Counted from the stretch's first letter, positions 11,658-21,044 are shown. The stretch is DNA of 64,000 bases from Escherichia coli (GCF_041248615.1 NZ_CP158426.1), one strand, 5' to 3'. The notes: generated by a model from the letters alone, not told the origin. Numbers and translations are program-made.

Positions 11658-11999
11658 TCAGCCAGCATTGCGGCCTGATTGGGGTGATTTTTGGGTATTG
11701 CGGGTTGAAACCTGATCGTCCTCCGACTGCGTGGAGCCATCAAGAGAGAGAGCCGGGGCGATCTGACCGGCAACAGGTAGCGTCTTATCTTTGATTAGCC
11801 AGAACATATATTTTTCAAACCGATCCACTTGAAGGACGGCCTCAACAATCTTTGCTCTGGCGATCTTTTGCCCTGACTCATAATTCCTGACAGTTGCCAG
11901 AGATAACCCTGTAATATCAGCAAATTGCTTTTGAGTTAGCCCTTCCGTCTTGCGTATCAAACGCAACTTTTTCGCATAGTCTATTGACAAGATACTCAT
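11658..11999 (-). CDS. P2 C-type immunity repressor (HTH)
   Basis: 113 aa; HTH near N-terminus; C-terminal GQIAPAL motif recalled from P2 C; divergent from cox-like gene. Confidence 0.8.
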   Translation of the reverse strand: MSILSIDYAKKLRLIRKTEGLTQKQFADITGLSLATVRNYESGQKIARAKIVEAVLQVDRFEKYMFWLIKDKTLPVAGQIAPALSLDGSTQSEDDQVSTRNTQKSPQSGRNAG

Positions 12000-12048
12000 T
12001 TGGGGATTAATCTCCTACAAAAGATAACCGTACGATTATCTTTACAAG

Positions 12049-12068
12049 TCATCAAAAATCATCAAAAG
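12049..12068. promoter_or_regulatory. candidate repressor operator, two adjacent 10-bp direct repeats TCATCAAAA(A/G)
   Basis: direct repeats in the C/cox-like divergent promoter region. Confidence 0.4.
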
Positions 12069-12102
12069 GCGCAACAAGCGCACCAATGCAAGAGGATAAC
12101 AA

Positions 12103-12624
12103 ATGCGGGAGATTATTGCCGACAAAGAGTTATCTGGCGCTCAACCGGTTCAGGATGATGGCGCGGACAATGAATTCATTGAAGCTGCCAACGACAACGA
12201 ACACCTGGAAACCAAAACCAGACCGTCCTACAAAAAGGGCGCAACCCTACGACTGGACGGCCCAGTCGCAGGACTTGTGTCACTGGAAAAAGGGGCTGCC
12301 TATCTGGGGGTAACAAAATCTGCGCTACGCGCCGCCATTCAGCGCGGGCAGATGCCGGGTCACAAAACGCGCTCAAATCCCGAAGATGAAAAGTCAGACG
12401 GTACATGGTGGTTTAACGCCAAAGCCTGGGACGAACTAGCCGACGAACTACTGGAGTGCGAACCGCCAGAGTGGCACAACTGGAAAAGCTACTGGACGTA
12501 CGACCGCAAGAAAAGAAAGTTTTCACCGGCAAACAAGGAGGACTGCCAGACCGTTAAAGGTAAGCAGGTTTACTCCCCCAGAGTTTCAAAACTGGAGCAA
12601 CTCAAAAACAACCAGCCCGGCTAA
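12103..12624 (+). CDS. Cox/excisionase-like DNA-binding protein (early operon first gene)
   Basis: 173-aa ORF with SD GAGGAT; divergent from repressor. Confidence 0.55.
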   Translation: MREIIADKELSGAQPVQDDGADNEFIEAANDNEHLETKTRPSYKKGATLRLDGPVAGLVSLEKGAAYLGVTKSALRAAIQRGQMPGHKTRSNPEDEKSDGTWWFNAKAWDELADELLECEPPEWHNWKSYWTYDRKKRKFSPANKEDCQTVKGKQVYSPRVSKLEQLKNNQPG

Positions 12625-12632
12625 ACACGAAA

Positions 12633-12839
12633 ATGACCAGCAATATCATCAATGCCGTTTTGAACATTATATTCCTGGAATTAGGCGTAGTAGTGATTTA
12701 TCTGCTTGGCAAGCTAACAGGACAAAAAGAACGTTTTATTGTCCTCAACGTTCATTACGTCGCAGCTTATTCTAAAGGGCTTTTTCCAATAGTTGTTGGC
12801 GCGGGACTTACAGCGTTTGTCATCTGGCTCATCAGGTAG
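12633..12839 (+). CDS. small 2-TM membrane protein (hypothetical)
   Basis: 68 aa, two hydrophobic helices; AT-rich with rare codons; weak RBS. Confidence 0.35.
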   Translation: MTSNIINAVLNIIFLELGVVVIYLLGKLTGQKERFIVLNVHYVAAYSKGLFPIVVGAGLTAFVIWLIR

Positions 12840-13121
12840 AGGCACACAACGTAATCATTCGTAGCTATATTTCCGCAATAGTATTCAAGTAAAGGAAGAC
12901 AACAACATGAAACCAAGACAAAGATTAACCTCCAGAAGTAGTGACGCATTGCACTTTAAAGCAAAAGACATAATAGCCACAACAAAGGTAGGAGCATAAG
13001 TCTATATACACTTTCAGAATTTCTATCTGGAGAGAACATTAAAAACGGAAGAGGAAGCCAATGAGTATTTGTTATTCATGAAAGATTGCATAGAAGGAAA
13101 AATAAGCGCAGGAGATAAATA

Positions 13122-13430
13122 ATGCGAAAACATTATTCACAGCCACATTTCCGCAACAGTGCACCACGCAGCAATAACCGCTGGAGCCTGCGCGAAACAC
13201 ACGCAACGCCGGGCGGTCATGCTGTAAAACAGACTGGTCAACACACCTGGCTGATTGAGCAGGCCGGACTCGTGATCCACAGATGCCACCGCAATCCGTT
13301 TACCGGAAACCGCATTTTTGCACTGAGCAGCGGCGACAATCAGTTCGGACAGGATTTCACACTGCACGAAGCCTTGCGAACTGCCGACCGCTTAATCGAG
13401 GGGCGCAGCTTTCAGCATACCGACTACTAA
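13122..13430 (+). CDS. hypothetical early protein
   Basis: 102-aa ORF with SD AGGAG upstream. Confidence 0.45.
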   Translation: MRKHYSQPHFRNSAPRSNNRWSLRETHATPGGHAVKQTGQHTWLIEQAGLVIHRCHRNPFTGNRIFALSSGDNQFGQDFTLHEALRTADRLIEGRSFQHTDY

Positions 13431-13468
13431 GGCAAAAGGAGTCTTAATAAGACAGAAGAGGCAGCAAG

Positions 13469-13711
13469 ATGAAAAGAGCCTATAAAGAACTCATTAACGA
13501 CGCGCTTCAGAATTACCATTACGGACTTACAAGCCGTGGCACTAACGGTGACGCTGTTTCACTTGCAGCACTGACTACAGCAATCAAGGGCCTGACCTGT
13601 TGCGCCTTTGGTTCCGGAGATAATGAAGCTCTGACGGAATTACAGGCCATTAATAAAGACCTGTCTGAAGGAAACGTAATAACCCCCTTTGTAATTCAGG
13701 AGGAAGCATGA
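13469..13711 (+). CDS. hypothetical early protein
   Basis: 80-aa ORF with SD; translationally coupled (ATGA) to next small ORF. Confidence 0.5.
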   Translation: MKRAYKELINDALQNYHYGLTSRGTNGDAVSLAALTTAIKGLTCCAFGSGDNEALTELQAINKDLSEGNVITPFVIQEEA

Positions 13712-13833
13712 GCGTATTTATGTCATGGTTAATTCTTATCCTTGCCATTATTTGCGCTGTGGGGATTATGCGGGTAATTAACAGCATTAACACCATTGAA
13801 TCGTTATTTACTGGCGATAAGCGCCGTAAATAA
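13708..13833 (+). CDS. 41-aa hydrophobic peptide (single TM)
   Basis: strong SD AGGAGG 6 nt upstream of ATG; MSVFMSWLILILAIICAVGIMRVINSINTIESLFTGDKRRK; below track length cutoff. Confidence 0.45.
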   Translation: MSVFMSWLILILAIICAVGIMRVINSINTIESLFTGDKRRK

Positions 13834-13913
13834 ACAGGCGTTTAACACCAGAAACAACCAGAAACATCCGCTCACGCGGAGGGGTTGACCCGCTCAAAAA
13901 GGAGAAATCAGGA

Positions 13914-14207
13914 ATGCTTAATAATAAAAAAAACCGAATCATTGATAACAGTGAACAGGTCAACAAAATAATCGAAGGCACAAACAAATTAATTAAGAAA
14001 AAAAACAAACTAAGCCGTGAATTAATGGAACATCCGGAAGAAATATTATTAGCCATGATGCACCAGACAGAAGCGATAGCCATCGCCCTTGCCGTGCAGG
14101 CGCTTTCTGAGTTCCGGGAAGAAAACATCAGGCTGGCTCAGGAGCTGAAAAACCTCAGACGTCAGCTTCAGAGCACTGAGGCTGGCACGTCATCACGAAT
14201 ACACTGA
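13914..14207 (+). CDS. hypothetical coiled-coil protein (AT-rich)
   Basis: 97 aa; SD AAGGAG; markedly AT-rich 5' half. Confidence 0.5.
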   Translation: MLNNKKNRIIDNSEQVNKIIEGTNKLIKKKNKLSRELMEHPEEILLAMMHQTEAIAIALAVQALSEFREENIRLAQELKNLRRQLQSTEAGTSSRIH

Positions 14208-14217
14208 GGGCCACACC

Positions 14218-14427
14218 ATGACTGCAATTCTGAGAAGACGCAATAAAACGCTTTTTACCGATACATCCGGGATGGAATACGAAGTGGAAAGCAGTGTCAT
14301 CGCCACCACCACCCGATGCCCGGCAGGTGACGAACTGATTTACGTCCACCTGACGGACGGGTCACAGATAACCGTCCTGACAGAGTCATGGCGCGAACTC
14401 GAGATAATAAGCGAGGTAAGAACATGA
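14218..14427 (+). CDS. hypothetical early protein
   Basis: 69-aa ORF with SD GAGGG. Confidence 0.45.
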   Translation: MTAILRRRNKTLFTDTSGMEYEVESSVIATTTRCPAGDELIYVHLTDGSQITVLTESWRELEIISEVRT

Positions 14428-14636
14428 GCAGCAAACACGATACCAACGCACGCAGACCAGGCAAAGAGGCGCGTCACCATATCGCCGTAATGCGCAACCT
14501 GCTTATGAGTGAAATCGACGATTTTGTGGCAGGCCTGGGGCAACCGGGCGAACCAGCAACACCAGGCCAGATACACAGGGAATTACGCCGCCGCGTGGAA
14601 AACGTCGTGGATTACGTCATAAACCCGAACGACTGA
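14424..14636 (+). CDS. hypothetical early protein
   Basis: 70 aa from ATG overlapping previous stop (ATGA); SD GAGGT. Confidence 0.45.
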   Translation: MSSKHDTNARRPGKEARHHIAVMRNLLMSEIDDFVAGLGQPGEPATPGQIHRELRRRVENVVDYVINPND

Positions 14637-14675
14637 CGGGAACATGGCGAGCGTCAGATGACACACGCAGGGCAC

Positions 14676-15158
14676 TTATCGGGAAAAACCGATCGTAATG
14701 GCAGCCATCATCTTTTCAGCGAAAGAGAGAGATTCACGATGACTGATATTCAGAGACATACAGGCTTTGTTGTACGCCACATTTTCCATGCATTCCAGGA
14801 CAGGAGAGTCATGCATCTCAAGCTCTGGAAGGCGTGCCAGCAGAGCTTCCGTACTGAGGAGGGCGCTTTTGGTAATCAACTCATTGTAGCGATGGGCATG
14901 CTCACTCGCCGCCTGCGCACGTTGCCCGAAACGACATATGAAATTACAGGCTCCGAGAACCACCACCACTGCCCCAAGCACCCAGCCGAAATGCCAGCCG
15001 GCTACGATGAACGCACCCGCCGCAAGGATCAAAATGTTGATGATCGCATCAAGGCGACGATTGAATACCGCCGCGATGCGCTCCAGCCAGTAGCTGTACC
15101 AGAGACGGAACATGACCTCATCCCGTTCTCTCGATTTTTTACGTTGGTTGTTTTGCAT
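14676..15158 (-). CDS. 2-TM membrane protein, opposite strand to early operon (candidate exclusion/abortive-infection protein)
   Basis: 160 aa; SD GAGGGA; two TM helices then soluble domain; host-like codon usage, unlike the overlapping plus-strand ORF. Confidence 0.6.
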   Translation of the reverse strand: MQNNQRKKSRERDEVMFRLWYSYWLERIAAVFNRRLDAIINILILAAGAFIVAGWHFGWVLGAVVVVLGACNFICRFGQRAQAASEHAHRYNELITKSALLSTEALLARLPELEMHDSPVLECMENVAYNKACMSLNISHRESLSFAEKMMAAITIGFSR

Positions 15159-15392
15159 GGTGTTTTATCCCTCATCGTCATCGCTCTGCCCCTAATCAGC
15201 GCAGAGTGCAGGGTAACCTGGCTCGTGGAATTTTTGCAGCCAGACATCTTTACCCCCGGGCGTGTTGAACAAAGTGTCCGCCAGATCCACTGAACGGCGG
15301 ATTCATCAATGCTAACACGCCCTTCTTTTCCGGTTGAAGGCGAAAAAACCGGACCATTACCCCGACACAAAACAGAACAACGGAGAACAACT

Positions 15393-15947
15393 ATGCCCGC
15401 ACTTAAACCTATGGGTGTATCAGGTGTACCACCGAAGCATGTCAGAGCCTGGACACAACAGGAAGATGCTCTACTGGTCGGTTTATACCCCTCCCACACC
15501 GTACCAGAACTGACAAAACACTTTCAGAGAACCGGGCCAGCAATACGAAGCCGCATCCGTCTTTTGCTCTCTCAGGGGGTTATCCACACCAAACAACCCC
15601 CCCTGAATACAAAAGAACTCAACACGCTCATCAGGAATCGCCACACAAAAACCATCCGGGAACTCGCGAATGAACTGGGGCGCTCGACATCCACGGTGGG
15701 ACTGAACCTGAGAAAAAGAGGGTACCGGTTCAGGAAATACGGGGAACTCCACCACAGAGCCAGATACAGCGATCACCTGGTGGAGTTGGTAACTGAACTG
15801 CGCGATGAACAGGGGATGACATTCAGCGAAATCAGAAAGTACATCCGGGACATGGCCGGGATATCCCTTAAAAGATGGGTCCTCGCCCGGCTTTACGCAC
15901 GATATACCGCCGCTGACACCGTGCTTTGCGAACTGCTACCGGACTGA
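15393..15947 (+). CDS. HTH/Myb-like DNA-binding protein
   Basis: 184 aa from ATG with SD GGAG; W-x2-EDALLVGLY Myb/SANT-like segment; divergent from the membrane-protein gene. Confidence 0.55.
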   Translation: MPALKPMGVSGVPPKHVRAWTQQEDALLVGLYPSHTVPELTKHFQRTGPAIRSRIRLLLSQGVIHTKQPPLNTKELNTLIRNRHTKTIRELANELGRSTSTVGLNLRKRGYRFRKYGELHHRARYSDHLVELVTELRDEQGMTFSEIRKYIRDMAGISLKRWVLARLYARYTAADTVLCELLPD

Positions 15948-16174
15948 GTAACCACTATGCACACACAAAAAAACCGCTTGCCATGCCGCAATCAGTCAGG
16001 TTACATTTCCGCTGCACCTCATAAAACGGGTGCCGGGATTGCAACCCCCGCTGACAACTACAGCGCACAACCGCGCCAGCGGTTTTTTTGTGCGTACCGT
16101 ATCGCCACGTCTTTTTCGCGCCAGAATTATGGCGGGGCGTATGGGGCCGACTTCGGTCGGGCCGGTTTCTGTAG

Positions 16175-16242
16175 TTGCCGGTGGTTGCAACCCTGTACGT
16201 CTCGCCACCCAGAATTGCAACCTCTGGATGGTGAGTTTTCAA
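16175..16242. promoter_or_regulatory. three phased TTGCAAC(C) boxes; a fourth copy at 16029-16036
   Basis: TTGCAA palindromic cores at 16175, 16205, 16236 (30-31 bp apart), upstream of ORF 16268. Confidence 0.35.
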
Positions 16243-16267
16243 AACTTGCAACTACAGAGGCCACACC

Positions 16268-16492
16268 ATGGCAAACCGCAAACAACAGCGCGCATACGCT
16301 GCGCGTCGTCACATCCAGACTGAAATCAACCGCAGACTTTTCCGCGCATTCCGCGTCGCGCATATCATGCACATCAATATGCTGCATGAGCGCAGCCACG
16401 CACTGTCAAACATGTATTCCGCCGCTGTATTCAGCTACCTGGCGGATGACCTGCGCGAGCTGCAGGACCTCATTAACCAGCACCACCACTAA
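16268..16492 (+). CDS. small basic protein (hypothetical)
   Basis: 74 aa; SD AGAGG; basic N-terminus. Confidence 0.45.
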   Translation: MANRKQQRAYAARRHIQTEINRRLFRAFRVAHIMHINMLHERSHALSNMYSAAVFSYLADDLRELQDLINQHHH

Positions 16493-16560
16493 TCAACATC
16501 CCGGAGCCATCCCGCCCCCGTACGCGGGAGGCTTCCGCACGTCCGTTTCCGGAGGTTCTC

Positions 16561-16974
16561 ATGAAGAGCGTTAAGGGACTTTCAGATATTCAGGATTTTT
16601 TTAACTGGATGTGGGCGGTGGATCCACGCCTCGCTTCCCGTCTCAATGACCTGCACGACTATTACCGCCGCGCCTGTAAACAGGCAGCCCGCAGCGCTGC
16701 CACATACGGGGATTTTTCCTTCACCGTTGACGACCGTTACCGCGTGGATGTCAGAGACCAGAACCACAGCCTGGAGCTGGGCCTGTTCCACATCAACGGG
16801 TGCGACAGCAGCGTTATCAGCTGGTCATCGTCAGAAATGGTGCTCGTTCTGGAAATGACCACCCACAGCGTGGTCGTGAAAGGGATTAAAACAGCAGAAG
16901 ACTTTATCGCTGAATACCAGCGCCTTCTTGTGCTGTACCGGGCTGCATTTCAGAAGGCAACAGCAGGGGAGTAA
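16561..16974 (+). CDS. hypothetical protein upstream of gpA
   Basis: 137 aa; SD GGAGG; 5 bp before gpA. Confidence 0.6.
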   Translation: MKSVKGLSDIQDFFNWMWAVDPRLASRLNDLHDYYRRACKQAARSAATYGDFSFTVDDRYRVDVRDQNHSLELGLFHINGCDSSVISWSSSEMVLVLEMTTHSVVVKGIKTAEDFIAEYQRLLVLYRAAFQKATAGE

Positions 16975-16979
16975 GCGGA

Positions 16980-19490
16980 ATGAGCCATCACCACACGCAC
17001 CTGGCGTACCCGTGGAACGCCCCGCTGCCGGTTATTGATCCTGAGACATTCGGCAGAGCATTACCGCAGAAGCCAACCGCATTACAACGGGCAATCCGTG
17101 ACTACCTCACCGAAGACATTCGCACTGAGGCCCGGCTGGATGAAGAAACCGTGGCCTTCCTGACAACCACGGACAAAGGTAAGCAAATTAATTCACACCT
17201 TCACCGGGACGAAGAGCGGCAGATAAGGCTGGATAAGCTGGCACGACACAGACGCGAAAATCCGCCAACGGCGGTATCGGAGGCGATAGCCGAACTTCGC
17301 ACCCTGCCCTCGTTTCTTGCCAGTGTGTTGATCCGTGATCTGGCACGACTGAACCGGAAACAGCAAAGTGCCCGCAGTGAAGGTGTAAAAAACAACAGCG
17401 CATACGTGGCCGATAATTTCGTTCGCCGTGGACTGCGTGCGCGCCTGAAACGTATTGAAAGGGTTAACGACCGCTTTGCAACGCCGGCATTCAAAACCAC
17501 CGTCGTGCGCCATCGCCTTGAAGAACTGCTCACACTGCCGCAACTCACCCGTGACGAAATCCAGCGCATCGCCACACTGACAGCCCAGGCATTCGCCGCA
17601 GAATTTGAACGCATATGTGATGAAGTTCTTGAACGGACAGGCAAGGATAATGACAGCCCGGTTATCTGGCTGCTGGCCTACCAGAAGGTGGCACGCACAG
17701 CCTTAATTCTGGGCATGGTCCCGCCATACTGGCCGGAACTCGAAATCAGGCACAACCGACGCACACCGCCGGACCCTGAACGGGTTCCGGGTGCGGTACT
17801 GCGCATCACCTGCGCGACCTGGTGGAACAACCAGTTACGCCACGTCGCCGATCTCTGGCGGGAGGAGTTACTGCGCGCCGCCGGCAGAGTGTCACGTAAA
17901 CAATCCCCCTATATCAGCCATGAGTCACTACTGGAGTTCCGCGAGAAGCGCCAGCGCACCTGTGACTTTCTCAAAAGCTGGGATATTGAAAACGAAGACG
18001 GCGAGCGCCTGAGTCTGGAGGACGTGTACTGGGCTGGCCTGGGTAATCCACGCAACCGCCGCAATGAAATGATGGTCTGCGTCAGAGGGATGGAGATGGT
18101 GGCCGAATTACGGGCTGACGTCGCATTCTTCATCACAGTAACCACCCCTTCCCGCTTTCACAGCGTGAACGAGAACGGCAGCCTGAACCCGAAATACAAC
18201 GGTGCCACAGTACGAGATGCCAGTGATTATCTGGTTTACGACTTCTTCGCAGCCGTAAGAAAAAAAATAAAAAAAGAGGGGCTGGGCTGGTACGGCGTGC
18301 GAACCGCTGAGCCACACCATGACGGCACGCCACACTGGCATATGCTGGTATTCACTTCCCCGGAGAACGCAGAGCGCATCATCGAAATTATGCGCGAAGC
18401 AGCAATTAAATCAGATCGCCACGAACTGGGGGACGATATTTCACCGCGCTTTAAATGCGAGAAGATAGACCCGGAAAAAGGCACACCGGCAAGCTATATC
18501 GCAACCTATATCGGTAAGAACCTGGACGCCAGCGCTTTCCACAACAATGATCCGAAAACCGGAAAACCTTACGTTGATGAGGAATCCGGGAAAACCATGG
18601 CGGAAACCGTGGAGAACGCCATTGCCTGGGCAAGCCTTCACCGCATCCGTCAGTTCCAGTTTTTCGGCATTCCGCCCCGCCAGGTATGGCGTGAACTCCG
18701 CCGCCTTGCAAGCCAGATGGAGCGCAACCCGGCATCACCGAAGCACCTCGATCATGACGATATTGACGCCATTATGGCTGCCGCAGATGTGGGATGTTTT
18801 GCCACCTACATCATGAAACAGGGTGGTGTGCTCATTCCGCGCAACCAGTATCTGGTCCGCACCGCATACGAAACCGCAGACGAAGCCAACGACTACGGTG
18901 AATTCCCTCAACGTATCTACGGAATCTGCGCCCCGTCGCTCGGAGAGCGGTACACCATATGCACCCATCCGGACGAGTGGAAACTGGTTAAAAAAGAAAC
19001 AACACCAGACAACCGCACGGGCGAGGGTTTTGACCTTCATGGCGACCCCGTCGCCCCTTGGACTCGTGGCAATAACTGTCCCCGGGATGAAAAAACAGAC
19101 AATCACGGACCAGAAAACAGGCAGGACCCCGGACGACTGACGCTTCCCGAAGAGAACCTGGAAAGCTGGCTGAATACGTTAAGCAGGGGCGATCGGAGAA
19201 AACTGCGTAATCAGATTAAAAATCAGCCGTCGGGCGCAAAAACCGGACAAAACGACACCACACCGGCATCTGACACCCCTGTAAGGGTGGGGATTGTCGT
19301 GCCTGCGGATACCGCGACGGACACGCAAATCGCCCGCGAACTTGATGCGCTGGGTGTGCAGTTGCCTGACGCGGCCATCATCTCCGTGCGTAACGGTGCC
19401 CGTGTGCGTCTGGATAACGGGGGAACAGCGTACTGGGATGAGTCAGCCCGTCACATCATCACAGAGCAGCCAGTGGAGGCGGGAGCATGA
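16980..19490 (+). CDS. rolling-circle replication initiator (P2 gpA-like)
   Basis: 836 aa; HUH-type motif HHDGTPHWHMLVF; size and position match P2 gene A. Confidence 0.9.
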   Translation: MSHHHTHLAYPWNAPLPVIDPETFGRALPQKPTALQRAIRDYLTEDIRTEARLDEETVAFLTTTDKGKQINSHLHRDEERQIRLDKLARHRRENPPTAVSEAIAELRTLPSFLASVLIRDLARLNRKQQSARSEGVKNNSAYVADNFVRRGLRARLKRIERVNDRFATPAFKTTVVRHRLEELLTLPQLTRDEIQRIATLTAQAFAAEFERICDEVLERTGKDNDSPVIWLLAYQKVARTALILGMVPPYWPELEIRHNRRTPPDPERVPGAVLRITCATWWNNQLRHVADLWREELLRAAGRVSRKQSPYISHESLLEFREKRQRTCDFLKSWDIENEDGERLSLEDVYWAGLGNPRNRRNEMMVCVRGMEMVAELRADVAFFITVTTPSRFHSVNENGSLNPKYNGATVRDASDYLVYDFFAAVRKKIKKEGLGWYGVRTAEPHHDGTPHWHMLVFTSPENAERIIEIMREAAIKSDRHELGDDISPRFKCEKIDPEKGTPASYIATYIGKNLDASAFHNNDPKTGKPYVDEESGKTMAETVENAIAWASLHRIRQFQFFGIPPRQVWRELRRLASQMERNPASPKHLDHDDIDAIMAAADVGCFATYIMKQGGVLIPRNQYLVRTAYETADEANDYGEFPQRIYGICAPSLGERYTICTHPDEWKLVKKETTPDNRTGEGFDLHGDPVAPWTRGNNCPRDEKTDNHGPENRQDPGRLTLPEENLESWLNTLSRGDRRKLRNQIKNQPSGAKTGQNDTTPASDTPVRVGIVVPADTATDTQIARELDALGVQLPDAAIISVRNGARVRLDNGGTAYWDESARHIITEQPVEAGA

Positions 19491-19918
19491 CGCGATTTTG
19501 CTGCACCATGCAGCGCCCACAGTTTGAGGCCATCATGCGCCAGCGTATGCCGGTGCTGACACTGTTCAGGCCTGCCACAAGGCCACAACCGGGCGACGAG
19601 CTGGAAATCACGATAGTCAGCCCCGATCGCACCACGGAGACCACCATCGCCGACATACTCAACAGGCGGCCGGGCAGCGAGAGCCATAGCTGGACTGTCG
19701 TCATTCGTCCGCGCCGTTCGCCGGAGGAACCGGAGCCGTGCACGCCTGCCGGGAAAATCATGCAGAGATATCACGAAGAGCGGACACGCAGGCACAACGG
19801 CGGACTGGCCAGAACACTGAACACAGTCAATCACAAGGCCGCGCTGGCGCGAATGGTCTTTTCACCACAACGCAATTCATTCGCCAGACCAGCACAGAAC
19901 GGGAGGAAACAACAGTGA
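19487..19918 (+). CDS. hypothetical protein (P2 orf91 position)
   Basis: 143 aa; ATG overlaps gpA stop (ATGA); SD GGAGG. Confidence 0.5.
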   Translation: MTRFCCTMQRPQFEAIMRQRMPVLTLFRPATRPQPGDELEITIVSPDRTTETTIADILNRRPGSESHSWTVVIRPRRSPEEPEPCTPAGKIMQRYHEERTRRHNGGLARTLNTVNHKAALARMVFSPQRNSFARPAQNGRKQQ

Positions 19919-20109
19919 GCAGAATATTACTTTTTCTGCTGTTTTTCGCGCCATTCGCACAATCAGCCACGCCGAACTGCGTAGCGAAAAAGAGCAACAC
20001 CGTTGTCATTGTCCAGTGTGATGACGGCACGGTAACAATCACCGACTCGAGCAAAGGAAGCGTCATTGTCTGCCGTAAAGAGAAACCCTGTCAGCGAACC
20101 GAACTTTGA
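19915..20109 (+). CDS. small secreted Cys-containing protein (signal peptide)
   Basis: GTG start overlapping upstream stop (GTGA), SD GGAGG; 64 aa, MSRILLFLLFFAPFAQS signal then 4 Cys. Confidence 0.5.
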   Translation: MSRILLFLLFFAPFAQSATPNCVAKKSNTVVIVQCDDGTVTITDSSKGSVIVCRKEKPCQRTEL

Positions 20110-20120
20110 AGGAAAAATAT

Positions 20121-20435
20121 ATGAACAGGAAACAGAAGCAGGAACTGAAAGGCTTCTTACGTAAAGAAATTGCCAGGCTGGAAGATGTGGAATCTCAGTC
20201 ATCAGATATTCCATTCGGAATGGATATCAACGACGCCTGTATGCTCCAGGTATACCGCATAGCTCAGGCTGCACTACAGGCAAAACCGTCAGATGGACTG
20301 GTTAGAGCAGTACGTTTCTATGAACTGGTAAAGCGTGAGAATCCGCCAGTCGAAACCGGAGCATGGCAAGACGCTGTTGACTGGGTGCTCAAAGAGGCTT
20401 GTCAGGTTGTAAACACTGGCATCAAAGGAGACTGA
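20121..20435 (+). CDS. hypothetical protein, cargo operon gene 1
   Basis: 104 aa from ATG with SD AAGGA (track uses upstream TTG at 20106). Confidence 0.55.
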   Translation: MNRKQKQELKGFLRKEIARLEDVESQSSDIPFGMDINDACMLQVYRIAQAALQAKPSDGLVRAVRFYELVKRENPPVETGAWQDAVDWVLKEACQVVNTGIKGD

Positions 20436-20436
20436 T

Positions 20437-20646
20437 ATGGCTATTGCCGCAAGTTACACCATGCATCTCTATTGTGATTGTCGCCAGTGTACAAATGGTA
20501 AATATCAAACGCCAGACTTCGGTGAATATATCGGTACGTCATGGACTGGCTGTGCAAAAGAGGCGCGTAAGGATGGCTGGCGAATAAGCAAAGACAAAAC
20601 TCGTGCTTTTGCGCCCGGGCATAAAGTTTTGAGGATTAACAAATGA
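20437..20646 (+). CDS. small Cys-rich protein, cargo operon gene 2
   Basis: 69 aa; SD AAGGAG; CDCRQC plus later Cys; 1-nt gap to gene 1. Confidence 0.55.
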   Translation: MAIAASYTMHLYCDCRQCTNGKYQTPDFGEYIGTSWTGCAKEARKDGWRISKDKTRAFAPGHKVLRINK

Positions 20647-21044
20647 CCACTATAACCAAAGAGCGACTACTGACAATCAGGCAGTGGCGCGAAACATACG
20701 GACCTGGTAGCAACGTTGTACTGCCAGCCGAAGAAGCGGAAAAACTGGCACGGATTGCTTTGGCATCGCTGGAAGCAAAACCAATAGGTGCTTTCCACAT
20801 TGCAGAACAGCAGGTCGATGGCACAAGTGACTACATCAAGGATGGGGAGTACCGCTTGCTGACATCTGAAGAACAAAAGATAGCCCAACTTTTAGGCGAT
20901 GCATGGAACCTGTATTTTACATTGCCAGTTGAGCATCCAATGGGTAGAGATGAATTTTGCCGGGCAATTCATCATTGCCAAAATATGGTGTTGGCACGCC
21001 CTGCCATCAGGGCGCTGGCCAGTAAGGGGCAAGGCTATAAATAG
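20643..21044 (+). CDS. hypothetical protein, cargo operon gene 3
   Basis: 133 aa; ATGA overlap with gene 2; followed by intrinsic terminator. Confidence 0.6.
   Translation: MTTITKERLLTIRQWRETYGPGSNVVLPAEEAEKLARIALASLEAKPIGAFHIAEQQVDGTSDYIKDGEYRLLTSEEQKIAQLLGDAWNLYFTLPVEHPMGRDEFCRAIHHCQNMVLARPAIRALASKGQGYK

Noticed and set aside
14658-15293. 211-aa plus-strand ORF overlapping the minus-strand membrane protein gene
   Set aside because: Contains several rare codons (AGA, AGG, CTA) and no clear domain, while the minus-strand frame has two clean TM helices, a good SD and host-like codon usage. Treated as a shadow ORF, not excluded.
15957-16574. Multiple overlapping ORFs on both strands (205, 98, 97, 90 aa)
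   Set aside because: Translations are low-complexity (Ser/Thr/Cys/Arg-rich) and overlap in all frames; the region carries the TTGCAAC boxes and reads better as non-coding. Only ORF 16268-16492 retained at low confidence.
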